The notes below the pieces were generated by a model, which was not told the origin of the DNA, did no database searches, and saw only the letters and a list, made by a program, of their open reading frames with translations. The position numbers were made by a program, and so were the translations under genes. From positions 1,120,001 through 1,184,000 of the forward strand of contig OZ245742.1 in assembly GCA_965227295.1 (NCBI GenBank): a stretch of 64,000 nt of DNA. The letters run 5' to 3'. This DNA is from Leptonemataceae bacterium. GTDB lineage: Bacteria; Spirochaetota; Leptospiria; Leptospirales; Leptonemataceae. This document shows, piece by piece, positions 20,544 to 30,767 of the stretch (position 1 is the stretch's first letter; the number at the start of each line of letters is the position of its first letter).

Positions 20544-20615
20544 CAGTTGGTTTCGTCACATCGGATGTAAGGCCACACGTCAGCAGGCGGTCAAGCAAGA
20601 TCGACCCGATCGCTG

Positions 20616-22898
20616 TTACGGAGCCGGAACATCCGACTCGCGCACTCCGTCATCCCCTACCCGCATCACAAACTTTGCATCAATCGTACTTAAATTCGCC
20701 GTCCCGCACAGGTTCATCGTCTTTCGCAGATCGTCCGCCATATCCGTAAACAACCACTTCACGGCTGCCACGTCTCCGCCCACCGCGGCGATGGCGGCCG
20801 GTCGGCCCACGAGTACACCCTGCGCACCGAGAGCCATCATCTTAAACGCGTCACGGCCCGTACGCACGCCGCCGTCCACAAGCACCGGAATGCGCCCGCC
20901 GATCACCCGTGCCACTTCCGGTAGGACGCGCGCGGTGCCCGGCATATCGTCGAGGACCCGTCCCCCGTGATTGCTCACAACGATCGCGTCCACCCCGGCA
21001 CGTAACGCCTCTTCGGCATCGAGCGGTGACATGATTCCTTTCAAAACGAACGGCAGCGTCGTCTCGTCGCGCAGCATTCGCAGGGCCTCATAGCTTCGGG
21101 CCACGGTACGTTGTTTACGCAATTGCATCGTCTTAAACGACAGCGCATCGATGTCTATTCCCACCGCGACCAACCCGGCTTCTTCCGAAGCACGAAAGCG
21201 TTCGATAAGCGCCTGCGAATCCTCGCGGGGTTTGAAGATCGCCACGCCGAAGCCTTCGACGGTGCGCAGGGCATCGAGGATGACTTTGTATTTCTCCGGA
21301 GAAGCACCGTCCCCGACCCACGCAATGGTTCCGGCGTCGCGACACGCTTCGAGTAAGATGCGCGCGAACTCGAACTCGCCCACGGCACCGTGCATGTTTG
21401 TTACAGCTCCGGTCATGGGTGCTGCCGCGATGGGATGATCGAAGCGCCGGCCGAACAGTTCCAGGCTCATATCCGCTGGTGCCTCCACGGGTTCTCGAAT
21501 GTAGCGCGGGACGATGCGGAGTTCCGAAAGGGCCCGTGAATTATCCTGAAAGCTCAGCATGCGACCCGTGCCGCCCATGCCCGGTACTCCCGACGCACAG
21601 TTCGTGCCGTCGCAAATTTTGCACACCCAGCATACGCGATCCGTAAACCTCAAACGGGCCCGCTCTTCTACTTTTTTCCAATCCACACTGAACGCGTCGT
21701 CAACTTCTAACTGCAACTCAGCGAATGCTTGCGCGACGATGGCCTCGGCTTCTTCGAGACTATCGGCCGCGGCCACGACGTGCCCCGCCTTGTCGATGTT
21801 CGAGGTCGCCTCGGGAATCACGTCACCGATCTTACGCGTGAATTGCACCGCCGCCACGCCGGGTACGCGTTCCATGGACTCCTTGCCGGAGAACGAGAGA
21901 ATCTTGCCGGGCCGGCCGAGAATACAGCGTTCGATGGCCACACGATTCCGGATGGGTTCGACGGCATCCGGTTCTTCGCCGAGGGCAATCTGGATTGCCG
22001 CGCGCAGCAGGTTTACGCCGGAATGCAACGGGAACGTGTGCGAGGACATGAATCCGCCGGACAGGCGCGCGGCCACCTCGCCGACCTTAACACCATCGGC
22101 GGTAATCTTAAGATCCCCCTTGCCCGCGCCGGTATGAATCCCCAGGGCCCGCATGGCGGAACGCATCACATGTTCGGCTTCACGCAGAATCTCCGGACTT
22201 TGGGCCGAAGGCATGTTGTGCCCCAACTCTACAAAGTACGGTTCTTTTTCGATGATGCGATCGGCGATGCCGCACATGCGAAACGAGTCGCCGCGGTTCC
22301 AGGCAAGGGCGTCGACGGAAAGCTCCGGGCCGGCCATATACTCTTCAAGAATCATCTCACCCGTAGGCGAGTACTTCTTCGCGTGCCGAAACGCGGCGTA
22401 CATTTCTTCGCGGCCGCTCACCTTGATGACACCGCGAGCGCCCATGTTGTCGGCAGGCTTCAGGACCAGCGGAAACGTAAGCTCGTCCATGGCTTCCCGC
22501 GCTTCTTTGATCGACCATACGGAAAAGAAGTCCGGCACGGGCACGCCGTGTTGCCGCAAACGTTTGCGCATGAGAACCTTGTTGCTCGCGGCCTCGGCGT
22601 CGGCGTAACGAATGCCCGGTAACTCCAGAGTGCCCGCGATGGCCGCCACGGCCCGGCTCGCATCGGTGCCCGCCGTAATCACACCGTGCACCGGCATCGT
22701 TTCGCGAAGCAGGCGCGCCTCACGCACACAGCCGTCAATGTCCCGCGTACTCATTACGACGGTGCGGTCCGCGAGGGCCATGCCCGGCGCGTCCGCCGAC
22801 ATATCAAACACGATTACGAACAGCCCCATCTCCCGCGCCGTTTCGATGAGCGGGACCTGCAGCATGCCGCCGCCGATGATAATCAGATTACGTCGCAT
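20616..22898 (-). CDS. Fusion protein: ATP-grasp domain + Cys-cluster FMN-dependent alpha-hydroxy-acid dehydrogenase
   Basis: N-half: [46 protein letters not shown]-half: [39 protein letters not shown]…VGR. Confidence 0.85.
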   Translation of the reverse strand: MRRNLIIIGGGMLQVPLIETAREMGLFVIVFDMSADAPGMALADRTVVMSTRDIDGCVREARLLRETMPVHGVITAGTDASRAVAAIAGTLELPGIRYADAEAASNKVLMRKRLRQHGVPVPDFFSVWSIKEAREAMDELTFPLVLKPADNMGARGVIKVSGREEMYAAFRHAKKYSPTGEMILEEYMAGPELSVDALAWNRGDSFRMCGIADRIIEKEPYFVELGHNMPSAQSPEILREAEHVMRSAMRALGIHTGAGKGDLKITADGVKVGEVAARLSGGFMSSHTFPLHSGVNLLRAAIQIALGEEPDAVEPIRNRVAIERCILGRPGKILSFSGKESMERVPGVAAVQFTRKIGDVIPEATSNIDKAGHVVAAADSLEEAEAIVAQAFAELQLEVDDAFSVDWKKVEERARLRFTDRVCWVCKICDGTNCASGVPGMGGTGRMLSFQDNSRALSELRIVPRYIREPVEAPADMSLELFGRRFDHPIAAAPMTGAVTNMHGAVGEFEFARILLEACRDAGTIAWVGDGASPEKYKVILDALRTVEGFGVAIFKPREDSQALIERFRASEEAGLVAVGIDIDALSFKTMQLRKQRTVARSYEALRMLRDETTLPFVLKGIMSPLDAEEALRAGVDAIVVSNHGGRVLDDMPGTARVLPEVARVIGGRIPVLVDGGVRTGRDAFKMMALGAQGVLVGRPAAIAAVGGDVAAVKWLFTDMADDLRKTMNLCGTANLSTIDAKFVMRVGDDGVRESDVPAP

Positions 22899-23045
22899 AG
22901 AGAGTGTCCTGTAAGATCGGGCTTCTTTCAATATCGGTGCAATCCAAAAAATAATGAGATGTCCTGTAAGTCAGCGGTTGGCTCACGGCCGGATCAGCAC
23001 GTAAATGACTTTCCCGCAGGGCTTCGCGTCACTTCCTTGCCGGTA

Positions 23046-24932
23046 ATGTCCGGCCCCTCTCAATACGATGTGATCGTCGTCGGCGGCGGCCACGCCGGAG
23101 CCGAGGCGGCCCATGCCACCGCTCGCGGCGGACTGCGCACGTTACTGGTCACCATGAACCTGGACACCATCGGGCAGATGTCGTGCAACCCGGCTATCGG
23201 CGGCATCGCCAAAGGACACATGGTCCGGGAGATCGACGCGCTCGGCGGTATCATGGGACGGGTGATCGACGAAACCGGCATCCACTTCAAAATGCTCAAT
23301 CGCTCGAAGGGACCGGCCGTCTGGGCGCCGCGGGCACAGGCCGAGAAGCGCGAGTACCAGAATCGCGTGAAGTGGATGCTTGAAGCCACGCCGAATCTTT
23401 CGTTCTACCAGGATACCTGCGAGTCTCTTCTAATAGAAGAGGATACCGTGCGCGGTGTAGTGACCGGCCGCGGCCGAGAGTTTCAGTGCACATACATTGT
23501 GCTGACCACCGGCACGTTCTTACAGGGACTGATCCACATCGGCGAATTCCAGCAGCGCTCCGGACGCATCGCCGAAAGCTCGGCCATGGGCCTGAGCGAT
23601 TGCCTCGCGCACTACGGCTTCCAGCTCGGCCGCCTCAAGACCGGCACGCCGCCCAGGATCCTCGCGCGGAGTGTCGATTTCTCCGTCTTCGAAGAACAGA
23701 CACCGGACGAGGATCCGCAGCCGTTTTCTTTTTCGACCGCGCAGTTGCCGCAAGAGCAGATCTCCTGCTGGATCACCTATACCAACGATCGCACGCACGA
23801 AATCATTCGCAACAACCTGGAACGTTCGCCCATGTACTCCGGTCAAATCGAAGGCACGGGGCCGCGCTACTGCCCGAGCATCGAAGACAAGATCGTCCGT
23901 TTCGCCGACCGCGAACGGCATCACGTCTTCATCGAACCGGAAGGTCGACTCACCGGCGAACTGTATCTCAACGGCGTATCCACCAGCCTGCCGGAAGAAG
24001 TCCAGTGGGATGTGGTCCGTTCCATTCCCGGCCTGGAAGAGGCTGAGATCATCCGCCCCGGCTACGCCGTAGAGTACGACTTCGTGGATCCGCGCGAACT
24101 TACACCGGATCTCCAGACGAAAAAGATTCGCGGCCTGTACTTCGCCGGCCAGATCAACGGGACCACCGGTTACGAAGAAGCCGGCGCCCAGGGATTGATG
24201 GCCGGCCTGAACATCCTGCGTCGCGAACGCGGTGAAACGGATCCCTTCGTCCTCGGCCGGGGTGAAGCCTATATAGGCGTGCTCATCGACGACCTGGTTT
24301 ACAAAGGCGTGGAAGACCCGTACCGCATGTTCACGTCACGAGCCGAACATCGTCTCGTACTGCGCCAGGACAACGCCGATCGGCGCCTCATGCCGTACGG
24401 TCGGGAACTCGGTCTCGTGAACGAAGAGACGTTCTACGTCATGGAAAACCGCTATGGTAAGATCGCGGGAGTGAAGAGTGCCCTGGAAAGCACGGGCATG
24501 AAACCATCCGCCGGGTTCGACGCGCTACTGGCCCGCAAAGAAATGCAGCCGCCGAAGTCGGTCTTCGGCAAGAGTGTGGCCGCCTTTCTGCGCCGCACGG
24601 ATGTGGAAATCGACGACGTGCGCGAATTGAAACTCGTCCCGGGGCTGGATGAGCTCACCCCGGAACAGCTGCAAATCCTCGAGCTGGAAGTGAAGTACGA
24701 AGGTTACGTCCGCCGTGAAGAAGAAAAGATCGCGCAGCGGCAGAAGAACCGCCTTGTGAAGATTCCAGTGGACTTCGACTACGGGAACGTGGACGGCCTT
24801 AAAAAAGAAGCCGCCGAGAAACTCGCGCGACTACGCCCCCTGGATCTTGAGAGCGCGGCCCGCATCTCCGGCGTCGACCCCACGGACGTCGACCTGCTCT
24901 ACATACACCTGAAAGAAACAGCGCCGGCCTGA
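23046..24932 (+). CDS. mnmG: tRNA uridine-5-carboxymethylaminomethyl synthesis enzyme MnmG (GidA)
   Basis: [54 protein letters not shown] and YRMFTSRAE. Confidence 0.98.
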   Translation: MSGPSQYDVIVVGGGHAGAEAAHATARGGLRTLLVTMNLDTIGQMSCNPAIGGIAKGHMVREIDALGGIMGRVIDETGIHFKMLNRSKGPAVWAPRAQAEKREYQNRVKWMLEATPNLSFYQDTCESLLIEEDTVRGVVTGRGREFQCTYIVLTTGTFLQGLIHIGEFQQRSGRIAESSAMGLSDCLAHYGFQLGRLKTGTPPRILARSVDFSVFEEQTPDEDPQPFSFSTAQLPQEQISCWITYTNDRTHEIIRNNLERSPMYSGQIEGTGPRYCPSIEDKIVRFADRERHHVFIEPEGRLTGELYLNGVSTSLPEEVQWDVVRSIPGLEEAEIIRPGYAVEYDFVDPRELTPDLQTKKIRGLYFAGQINGTTGYEEAGAQGLMAGLNILRRERGETDPFVLGRGEAYIGVLIDDLVYKGVEDPYRMFTSRAEHRLVLRQDNADRRLMPYGRELGLVNEETFYVMENRYGKIAGVKSALESTGMKPSAGFDALLARKEMQPPKSVFGKSVAAFLRRTDVEIDDVRELKLVPGLDELTPEQLQILELEVKYEGYVRREEEKIAQRQKNRLVKIPVDFDYGNVDGLKKEAAEKLARLRPLDLESAARISGVDPTDVDLLYIHLKETAPA

Positions 24933-24935
24933 TCG

Positions 24936-26045
24936 CTACCGACCCGGCACGCCTTCTTCACCGGTAAAGATCCGCACAATGTAGTACCTGCCGTCGCCGC
25001 CTTCTTCGCCGTCGTTCAGCGCCGGTGTGAGGTGGAGCTTGTTCACAGCGACGAACAGCCAGCCCGGCGGCGAACCGAACGACAACGCATCCGGCCAACT
25101 CAGGAGCTCGTCGTGCTGCGCGAGGGTCGTGAGATTGCCGTCCAGGTCCAGGCGATCAATAGATTTATTGCCTACGTTAGTGAAATAATGATTTCCCGTT
25201 TGATCCGTGGCGGCCCCGTCGGAAACGGGCTTCGGCCCCACGGTTTCGATCTGCCCGAGCACCTGGGCCTTCGGGCCACGGCCCTGCAGGGCGGCGGCCG
25301 GAAGCGAGTACCATCGTGTCCCGGACATGGCCCCGTAGAATACAGTTTCGTAATCCGCTGAGATGGTAATCGGATTGATGCCGACCTTCGCCGGTCGGCC
25401 GCCCATTGTTAAGGTTCGCTCGCCGATTGTTACCGTGCCATCGGCCTCCGCTTCGAACGAGGGATGGCCGTCATAGCGCCAGGCATCCTTTTCGTCCAGG
25501 TCTACGACCACGAGGCCGGGCCGGCCGGAGCCACCGATGTCCGCGATGTAAGCAAAGCCGGCATGGGGGTCCACGGCCAGGTCGTTGAAGAAGCTACCCG
25601 CCGGCCCCACGCTCGCCGAAAACTCAATCCGTTCCAGAAGTTCCCCGCCGGCGACATCGAACGCGAACAGCCGGGGCGCAACAGGTTCCCCGGCACCAAG
25701 GCCGTTGTCGAGGACCCACAATCGATTCAACTCATCGATCTGTACGCCGAGCACCGAGACGAAAAAGTCCGACCCTTCGTTCGTCGGCGTGTTCCACTGG
25801 TCGTTCGGCCAGGGGATCATGGTTCCACCGGGCAGGACCTCGACGAGTCGGGCGGAGCCGGGGCGGAACTGGTGCACGCTGGCAAAGACCCGGCCGTCGG
25901 TAGAGACCGTAAGATTGCCCGGATTTTCCTCCAGCACGGCCACCACTTCCAGATGACCCACGGGCGGTTTGCAGGAGCCACCGGAGACGATCATGGCGGC
26001 TGCAATCAGGAGAACATAAGAACGTTTCGCGGATAAGAACTTCAT
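24936..26045 (-). CDS. Major royal jelly/Yellow-like (SMP-30-type) beta-propeller lipoprotein
   Basis: Signal peptide with Cys; SVLGVQIDELNRLWVLDNG, FNDLAVD, AYIAD and WPDALSF. Confidence 0.75.
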   Translation of the reverse strand: MKFLSAKRSYVLLIAAAMIVSGGSCKPPVGHLEVVAVLEENPGNLTVSTDGRVFASVHQFRPGSARLVEVLPGGTMIPWPNDQWNTPTNEGSDFFVSVLGVQIDELNRLWVLDNGLGAGEPVAPRLFAFDVAGGELLERIEFSASVGPAGSFFNDLAVDPHAGFAYIADIGGSGRPGLVVVDLDEKDAWRYDGHPSFEAEADGTVTIGERTLTMGGRPAKVGINPITISADYETVFYGAMSGTRWYSLPAAALQGRGPKAQVLGQIETVGPKPVSDGAATDQTGNHYFTNVGNKSIDRLDLDGNLTTLAQHDELLSWPDALSFGSPPGWLFVAVNKLHLTPALNDGEEGGDGRYYIVRIFTGEEGVPGR

Positions 26046-26146
26046 GCGACCCAAAGAAATACAACCGCGCGCGCCTCGCCACGGTTTAAAGCTTTAAAGA
26101 AGAGGCGAACTCCTGAAACTGCGTACCCTGTTTGAAAGATCGATCT

Positions 26147-27550
26147 ATGACTGCATCCACACAAAGCCTGCCCGATCCACAGCTCCCCCGTAAACCGGTC
26201 TATGTAAAGCTGCCCGAATCCGGCCTGGATTTCTTCCGACTCTTCCGGATTCTCGAACATGAATGTGAGACCTGCTTCTTTCTGGAGTCCCTGGGCGAGG
26301 GCGAAGGCGAATCCCGCTACTCGGTCATCGGTTTTGATCCGGACGCAGTCATCCGCGGGCAACCCGGCCTCCTGGAATGGCAAGGGCGCGAAGGCGGACG
26401 GCTCTCGTTACCCGCGGAGAATCCTTACGACGCCCTGCAGGCCTGGATGCCACAGAACATCATCTCGCGCAACTACGCCGGCGGACTGGTCGGCTATTTA
26501 AACTACGAGGCCATGAACTTCTTTGAGCCCGTGCTTGGCCTTGCCTGGCATCCGGACTTCGATCCGTTCTGCTTCGGCGTATACTCGGACGGACTCATCC
26601 TCGATAAAATGACGGGCGAAGTCTACTACGTCTACTTTCACGAAGACCGCTCCGAACGAGTGCGCGCCTGGATTAATTCCGACGTCCCCGAACACGAACC
26701 GCTCAGTGTGCGCAGCCTCGGCCAGAGCCGTAGCCGCGAGCAGTACTATCCCATGGTCGAAGAGACCCTCGAAGAAATCCGCGCCGGCAACACATTCCAG
26801 TGTCAGATCGGCTTTCTCGAAGAGTACGAACTCAGCGGTCACCCCATGGCCATCTACGAAGAACTGCGCCGGGTCAATCCGTCACCGCATATGTTTTACG
26901 TGAAGTTCGGTGACCACCTGCAAATCGGTGCGTCACCGGAACTCATCTTTCGTCTGCGCCAGGGTGAGATGGAAACCTATCCCCTGGCCGGCACCACAAA
27001 ACGCGGCACCGATCTCGCCGAGGACATACACCTGGCCCGCACCCTTCTCAACGATCCCAAAGAAATCGCCGAACACAACATGCTCGTGGACCTGCACCGC
27101 AACGATCTCGGCCGCGTGGCACGCTTCGGCACCGTGAAGGTTCGTCGGCTCATGGACGCCAAAAAGTTTTCCCACGTGCAGCACATCTCCAGCGAAGTCG
27201 TCGGCATCATCCGCAAAGACTGCGATATGTTCGACGGTCTTAAGTCGGTGTACCCGGCAGGCACGCTGTCCGGCGCACCGAAGATCGAATCCATGAAGAT
27301 CATAGAACGCATTGAGCAATCCCCGCGCGGGCCGTACGGAGGCGCCGTGGGTCACTTCGGCTGGAACGGCGAATGCACCTTCGCGATTCCCATTCGCTCC
27401 ACGTTCATTGCCGGCAAGCGCGCCGTGGTCCGGGCGTCCGCCGGCATCGTCTACGACTCCACACCACCCAATGAATACCAGGAGATCCAGCGCAAGCTCG
27501 CCGGCATGAACAAGACCCTCAGTCGTTTCATGAAGAACGACGCCGCGTAA
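26147..27550 (+). CDS. trpE: Anthranilate synthase component I
   Basis: FLES, NPSPHM, GASPE, PLAGT (not the PabB-type PIKGT), KEIAEHNMLVDLHRND, PAGTLSGAPK and RGPYGG. Confidence 0.85.
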   Translation: MTASTQSLPDPQLPRKPVYVKLPESGLDFFRLFRILEHECETCFFLESLGEGEGESRYSVIGFDPDAVIRGQPGLLEWQGREGGRLSLPAENPYDALQAWMPQNIISRNYAGGLVGYLNYEAMNFFEPVLGLAWHPDFDPFCFGVYSDGLILDKMTGEVYYVYFHEDRSERVRAWINSDVPEHEPLSVRSLGQSRSREQYYPMVEETLEEIRAGNTFQCQIGFLEEYELSGHPMAIYEELRRVNPSPHMFYVKFGDHLQIGASPELIFRLRQGEMETYPLAGTTKRGTDLAEDIHLARTLLNDPKEIAEHNMLVDLHRNDLGRVARFGTVKVRRLMDAKKFSHVQHISSEVVGIIRKDCDMFDGLKSVYPAGTLSGAPKIESMKIIERIEQSPRGPYGGAVGHFGWNGECTFAIPIRSTFIAGKRAVVRASAGIVYDSTPPNEYQEIQRKLAGMNKTLSRFMKNDAA

Positions 27551-27568
27551 TCCGGAGCCCTTACGATC

Positions 27569-28201
27569 ATGAAAGTCCTCTTAGTAGATAACTACGACTC
27601 CTTCACGTTCAATCTCTATCAGTATGCAGGCGAACTCCTCGAAGATCGTCTCGGTTCGAACGGCTTCACGTTTCACGTGGAACGCAACGACGAGATCGAC
27701 ATCGCGGAGGTCGAGCGCCGGCAGTACGACCGCATCATACTCTCGCCCGGCCCAGGCGATCCGGCAGACCCGGAGTACTTCGGCGTGTGTTCGGACATTC
27801 TGCGCGGGCCCGCAAAGAAACTACCGGTCCTCGGCGTTTGCCTCGGCATGCAGGGCATGGCCCATGTCTACGGCGGGCGGGTGAGTCGCGCGCGTCTGCC
27901 GATGCACGGCAAAACTTCAAATGTGCGCAACGACGGTCGCGGGGTCTTCGCCGGTCTACCTCAGGAACTGGAAGTCATGCGCTATCACTCACTGATTGTC
28001 GAGCGAGAGGCGCTACCGGATTGCTTTGAGATCACATCCGAGACCACCGAGGCCGACGAGTCGGAACGCGAGATCATGGGCATCCGCCACAAAGAGTTCC
28101 GACGGCTCGAAGGCATTCAGTTTCATCCAGAGTCCTTCGCCACCGAGGCCGGCATGACAATGGTCGAAAACTTTCTCTTCCAGGACAACGGAGCAAACTA
28201 A
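27569..28201 (+). CDS. trpG: Anthranilate synthase component II (class I glutamine amidotransferase)
   Basis: DNYDSFTFNL, SPGPG, GVCLG, HGKTS, RYHSL and QFHPES. Confidence 0.9.
   Translation: MKVLLVDNYDSFTFNLYQYAGELLEDRLGSNGFTFHVERNDEIDIAEVERRQYDRIILSPGPGDPADPEYFGVCSDILRGPAKKLPVLGVCLGMQGMAHVYGGRVSRARLPMHGKTSNVRNDGRGVFAGLPQELEVMRYHSLIVEREALPDCFEITSETTEADESEREIMGIRHKEFRRLEGIQFHPESFATEAGMTMVENFLFQDNGAN
27669..27684. promoter_or_regulatory. parS site (inside trpG)
   Basis: CGTTTCACGTGGAACG matches the parS consensus TGTTNCACGTGAAACA core on the reverse strand. Confidence 0.75.
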
Positions 28202-28202
28202 A

Positions 28203-29174
28203 ATGCCGTGGCTGCGCCGACTTCTCATCGCCGCTGCCGTGATCGGGGTTTTTCTGTTCTCGGCGGCCTGGTACTTTTCCGGCCTGCTTTTGTATCCGGG
28301 TCCGTCCGTCTGCCACGACGCCTACATCTACTGCGACGATCCCTCCGCCACCGGGCTTGAGCTCCGCGACGTTTCCTACGAAACAAGCGACGGAATCACG
28401 ATCCGCGGTTGGTACGTGGAACGCGATCCGAAAGCCCCGGGCATCCTCATGGTCCACGGCCGCAACGCATCACGGTACGCCGGACTGCGTTACGCCCCGT
28501 CTCTGTATGCAGCCGGCTTTAATCTGTTGTTGATCGATCTGCGCAACTGCGGCGAGAGCGATCCCGCATTTGTATCCATGGGATACTTCGAACGTCTCGA
28601 CGTAATTGCAGGCATCGACTACCTGCTCGAAACAAGGAAACTACCGTCGGCAGGTATCTTCGGTTTTTCCATGGGCGCCGCGACGAGCACACTGGTCATG
28701 GCGGAAGACAATCGCATCGAGGCGGCGGTGCTCGACTCCGGGTTCACCGGCTTTTATGAAATCATTCGTGATCGCGGCGCACAGGACTACGGCGTCCCGG
28801 AGTATCCACTCATCCCCATCGTGCAGTGGCTCTTTGAGTTGCGCGGCGGCCTCGACGCGGACGAACTGCGACCCATCGATATTATCGCCGACATTGCCCC
28901 GCGCCCCATCTTCCTGATGCACGGTACTGCCGATGTCGCCGTTCCGTTTTCCCACGGCGAGGACCTGTATCGCACCGCACGCGAGCCGAAGTTTTTCTGG
29001 CCCGTCGCAGGAGCAGATCATGTGCGCGCCTGGAACACGGATCGCGAGTATGCCGAGAGCGAGATCCCCGGTTTCTTTCAAGAGTATCTTCTCGGCCGCC
29101 GTTCGATTCCTGAGATTGCGCCGGAAGAGGAACTCGAATCCGAAAACATCGAGGCGCACGACGGCGAAGAGTAG
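28203..29174 (+). CDS. Membrane-anchored alpha/beta hydrolase
   Basis: N-terminal TM, DLRNCGES, GFSMG nucleophile elbow, HGTAD and ADH. Confidence 0.85.
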   Translation: MPWLRRLLIAAAVIGVFLFSAAWYFSGLLLYPGPSVCHDAYIYCDDPSATGLELRDVSYETSDGITIRGWYVERDPKAPGILMVHGRNASRYAGLRYAPSLYAAGFNLLLIDLRNCGESDPAFVSMGYFERLDVIAGIDYLLETRKLPSAGIFGFSMGAATSTLVMAEDNRIEAAVLDSGFTGFYEIIRDRGAQDYGVPEYPLIPIVQWLFELRGGLDADELRPIDIIADIAPRPIFLMHGTADVAVPFSHGEDLYRTAREPKFFWPVAGADHVRAWNTDREYAESEIPGFFQEYLLGRRSIPEIAPEEELESENIEAHDGEE

Positions 29175-29924
29175 ATGAGCGGCGCCGTCGGCATCGATGG
29201 CTGTCCGGGTGGATGGATTGCCGTCTGCCTCCGTGCGAATGAGTTTCACGTGGAACTCGTGTCCGATCTCCGGTCCTTCCTCACAAGTCGCAAGAGGTCC
29301 GACCTCGTGCTCATCGATATGCCGATCGGCTTTCCCGACAGCCAACCCCGGCCATGTGAAACGGAAGCTCGCGCCCTGCTTGGCTGGCCGAGATCTTCGA
29401 GTGTGTTTTCCGTTCCCGTCCGCGAAGTAATCACTGATGCAAGGACCTATACAGCGGCATCGAACATTCAGCGCGCGAAGATAGACCGCGGCCTGACGAA
29501 ACAATGCTGGAACCTGGTGCCGAAAATGAAAGCGCTCGATACGATCCTGCGCGATGCCAACCATGCCTGCCGCATCCGCGAAAGTCATCCCGAGGTTGTT
29601 TTCGGCGCGCTGAACCAGGGACGCTTCGATACCACCGCGCGCGGCTTCGGCCTCGTCGCCTCGAAGAAAAAGAGCGTGGGCCGCGAACAACGCCTGGCGA
29701 TACTGGAACAGTACCAAAAGAACGCGCGCAAGATCTACGCGCACGCCGAATCATCGTATCGCCGCAAAGACCTGGCCCGGGATGACATCGTCGACGCCCT
29801 GGGTCTCGCGATCGCCGCACAACTCATACAAAGAAAAAGGGCAACGCTCCTCACGTTGCCCCCCAACCCACCGCGCGACTCCCACGGTCTCGCCATGGAA
29901 ATCGTGTATGTGAAACCTCAGTAA
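29175..29924 (+). CDS. DUF429 domain protein (predicted RNase H-fold nuclease)
   Basis: VGIDGCPGGW, IDMPIG, SSVFSVP, ESHPEV and DDIVDA. Confidence 0.8.
   Translation: MSGAVGIDGCPGGWIAVCLRANEFHVELVSDLRSFLTSRKRSDLVLIDMPIGFPDSQPRPCETEARALLGWPRSSSVFSVPVREVITDARTYTAASNIQRAKIDRGLTKQCWNLVPKMKALDTILRDANHACRIRESHPEVVFGALNQGRFDTTARGFGLVASKKKSVGREQRLAILEQYQKNARKIYAHAESSYRRKDLARDDIVDALGLAIAAQLIQRKRATLLTLPPNPPRDSHGLAMEIVYVKPQ
29242..29257. promoter_or_regulatory. parS site (inside the DUF429 gene)
   Basis: AGTTTCACGTGGAACT, with the 14-nt parS core intact. Confidence 0.7.
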
Positions 29925-30673
29925 TCGAACTGCAGTTTCTTCACGCGCAGCCACTTCCCACCGACCTGATCGTAGTAGGCGTACGCTTCGACACGTCCCT
30001 TTGCATCATACAACACATCGCAGCGACTCATGTTACCGAAAGCTTCCCGGACGCGCTGCTTGAGCCGACCCTTCTCATCGTAACGGTAGGTGATCTTTTG
30101 AAGTTCGCCGTGCTCCGCGCTTTTCACGACGAACGAGACGGGCCGGCCGGCATCATACTTCAAGACAAAGGCGTCCTCACCGTCTCCGGTCTTCTCCACG
30201 CCTTCCACAATGCGATTATCCTTGTGCACGTAACTCTGCTTCATGGCGAGGTTTCCGTCGCGGTCATATTGCTCCAGCCCGGTGAGTTGATTTCCGGAGT
30301 ACATGAAGACCGTACGTGCAACGAGCTTCCCGTCCCGATCAAAGAGTTTCTCTTCGCTCAGGTGTTCGCCCTTGTAGGCGTAGGTCGTCTTGCCGTCGGC
30401 CTTGCCCTCGGAATTCAGAAACGTCTCTTCAACCAGGCGACCCTTTGCGTCGTATTGGAACTTGCCGGTACCCAGGACGGTACCGTTCGGATCGAGCACC
30501 TTCACCGCGGCCGGCCCACCGGTGTTCCCCTTTTCGATGTAAGGGTCCATGGGACTCCAGCGCACGGGTTGGTACGCGAGCAGTGTCGACGAAGACAACG
30601 CAAGCAGAGCAAGAATCAAGAGTCGCAGCAGGCTCGTAAATCCACGCGGCGACTTTTTATACGAAGACATCAT
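29918..30673 (-). CDS. Exported protein with YD-like repeats
   Basis: Signal peptide; repeated YDAKGR/YDRDGN/YDEKGR units. Confidence 0.7.
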   Translation of the reverse strand: MMSSYKKSPRGFTSLLRLLILALLALSSSTLLAYQPVRWSPMDPYIEKGNTGGPAAVKVLDPNGTVLGTGKFQYDAKGRLVEETFLNSEGKADGKTTYAYKGEHLSEEKLFDRDGKLVARTVFMYSGNQLTGLEQYDRDGNLAMKQSYVHKDNRIVEGVEKTGDGEDAFVLKYDAGRPVSFVVKSAEHGELQKITYRYDEKGRLKQRVREAFGNMSRCDVLYDAKGRVEAYAYYDQVGGKWLRVKKLQFDY

Positions 30674-30767
30674 TCCATTCCTCCCGGGCACGGCGGCCCT
30701 CTTCTCAGAATCGGCAAATACGAATTTAAATGAATGCCTTTTTGAACGTTTTCCGGCGTACGACAGT

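Noticed and set aside
22686-23045. N-terminal extensions in the ORF track for mnmG (also rsmG from 30549, the 44015 ORF and pcm from 50051)
   Set aside because: Family similarity begins at downstream starts, and most extensions overlap divergent genes; they are longest-ORF artefacts.
26892-26907. Degenerate parS-like sequences (tgttttacgtgaagtt here; half-sites near 28407 and 56049)
   Set aside because: Four or more mismatches or only one arm intact; not distinguishable from chance.
26147-27550. Alternative call as PabB (ADC synthase)
   Set aside because: It has PLAGT and NPSP rather than the PabB PIKGT lysine motif, favouring anthranilate synthase, although no other trp genes are adjacent.
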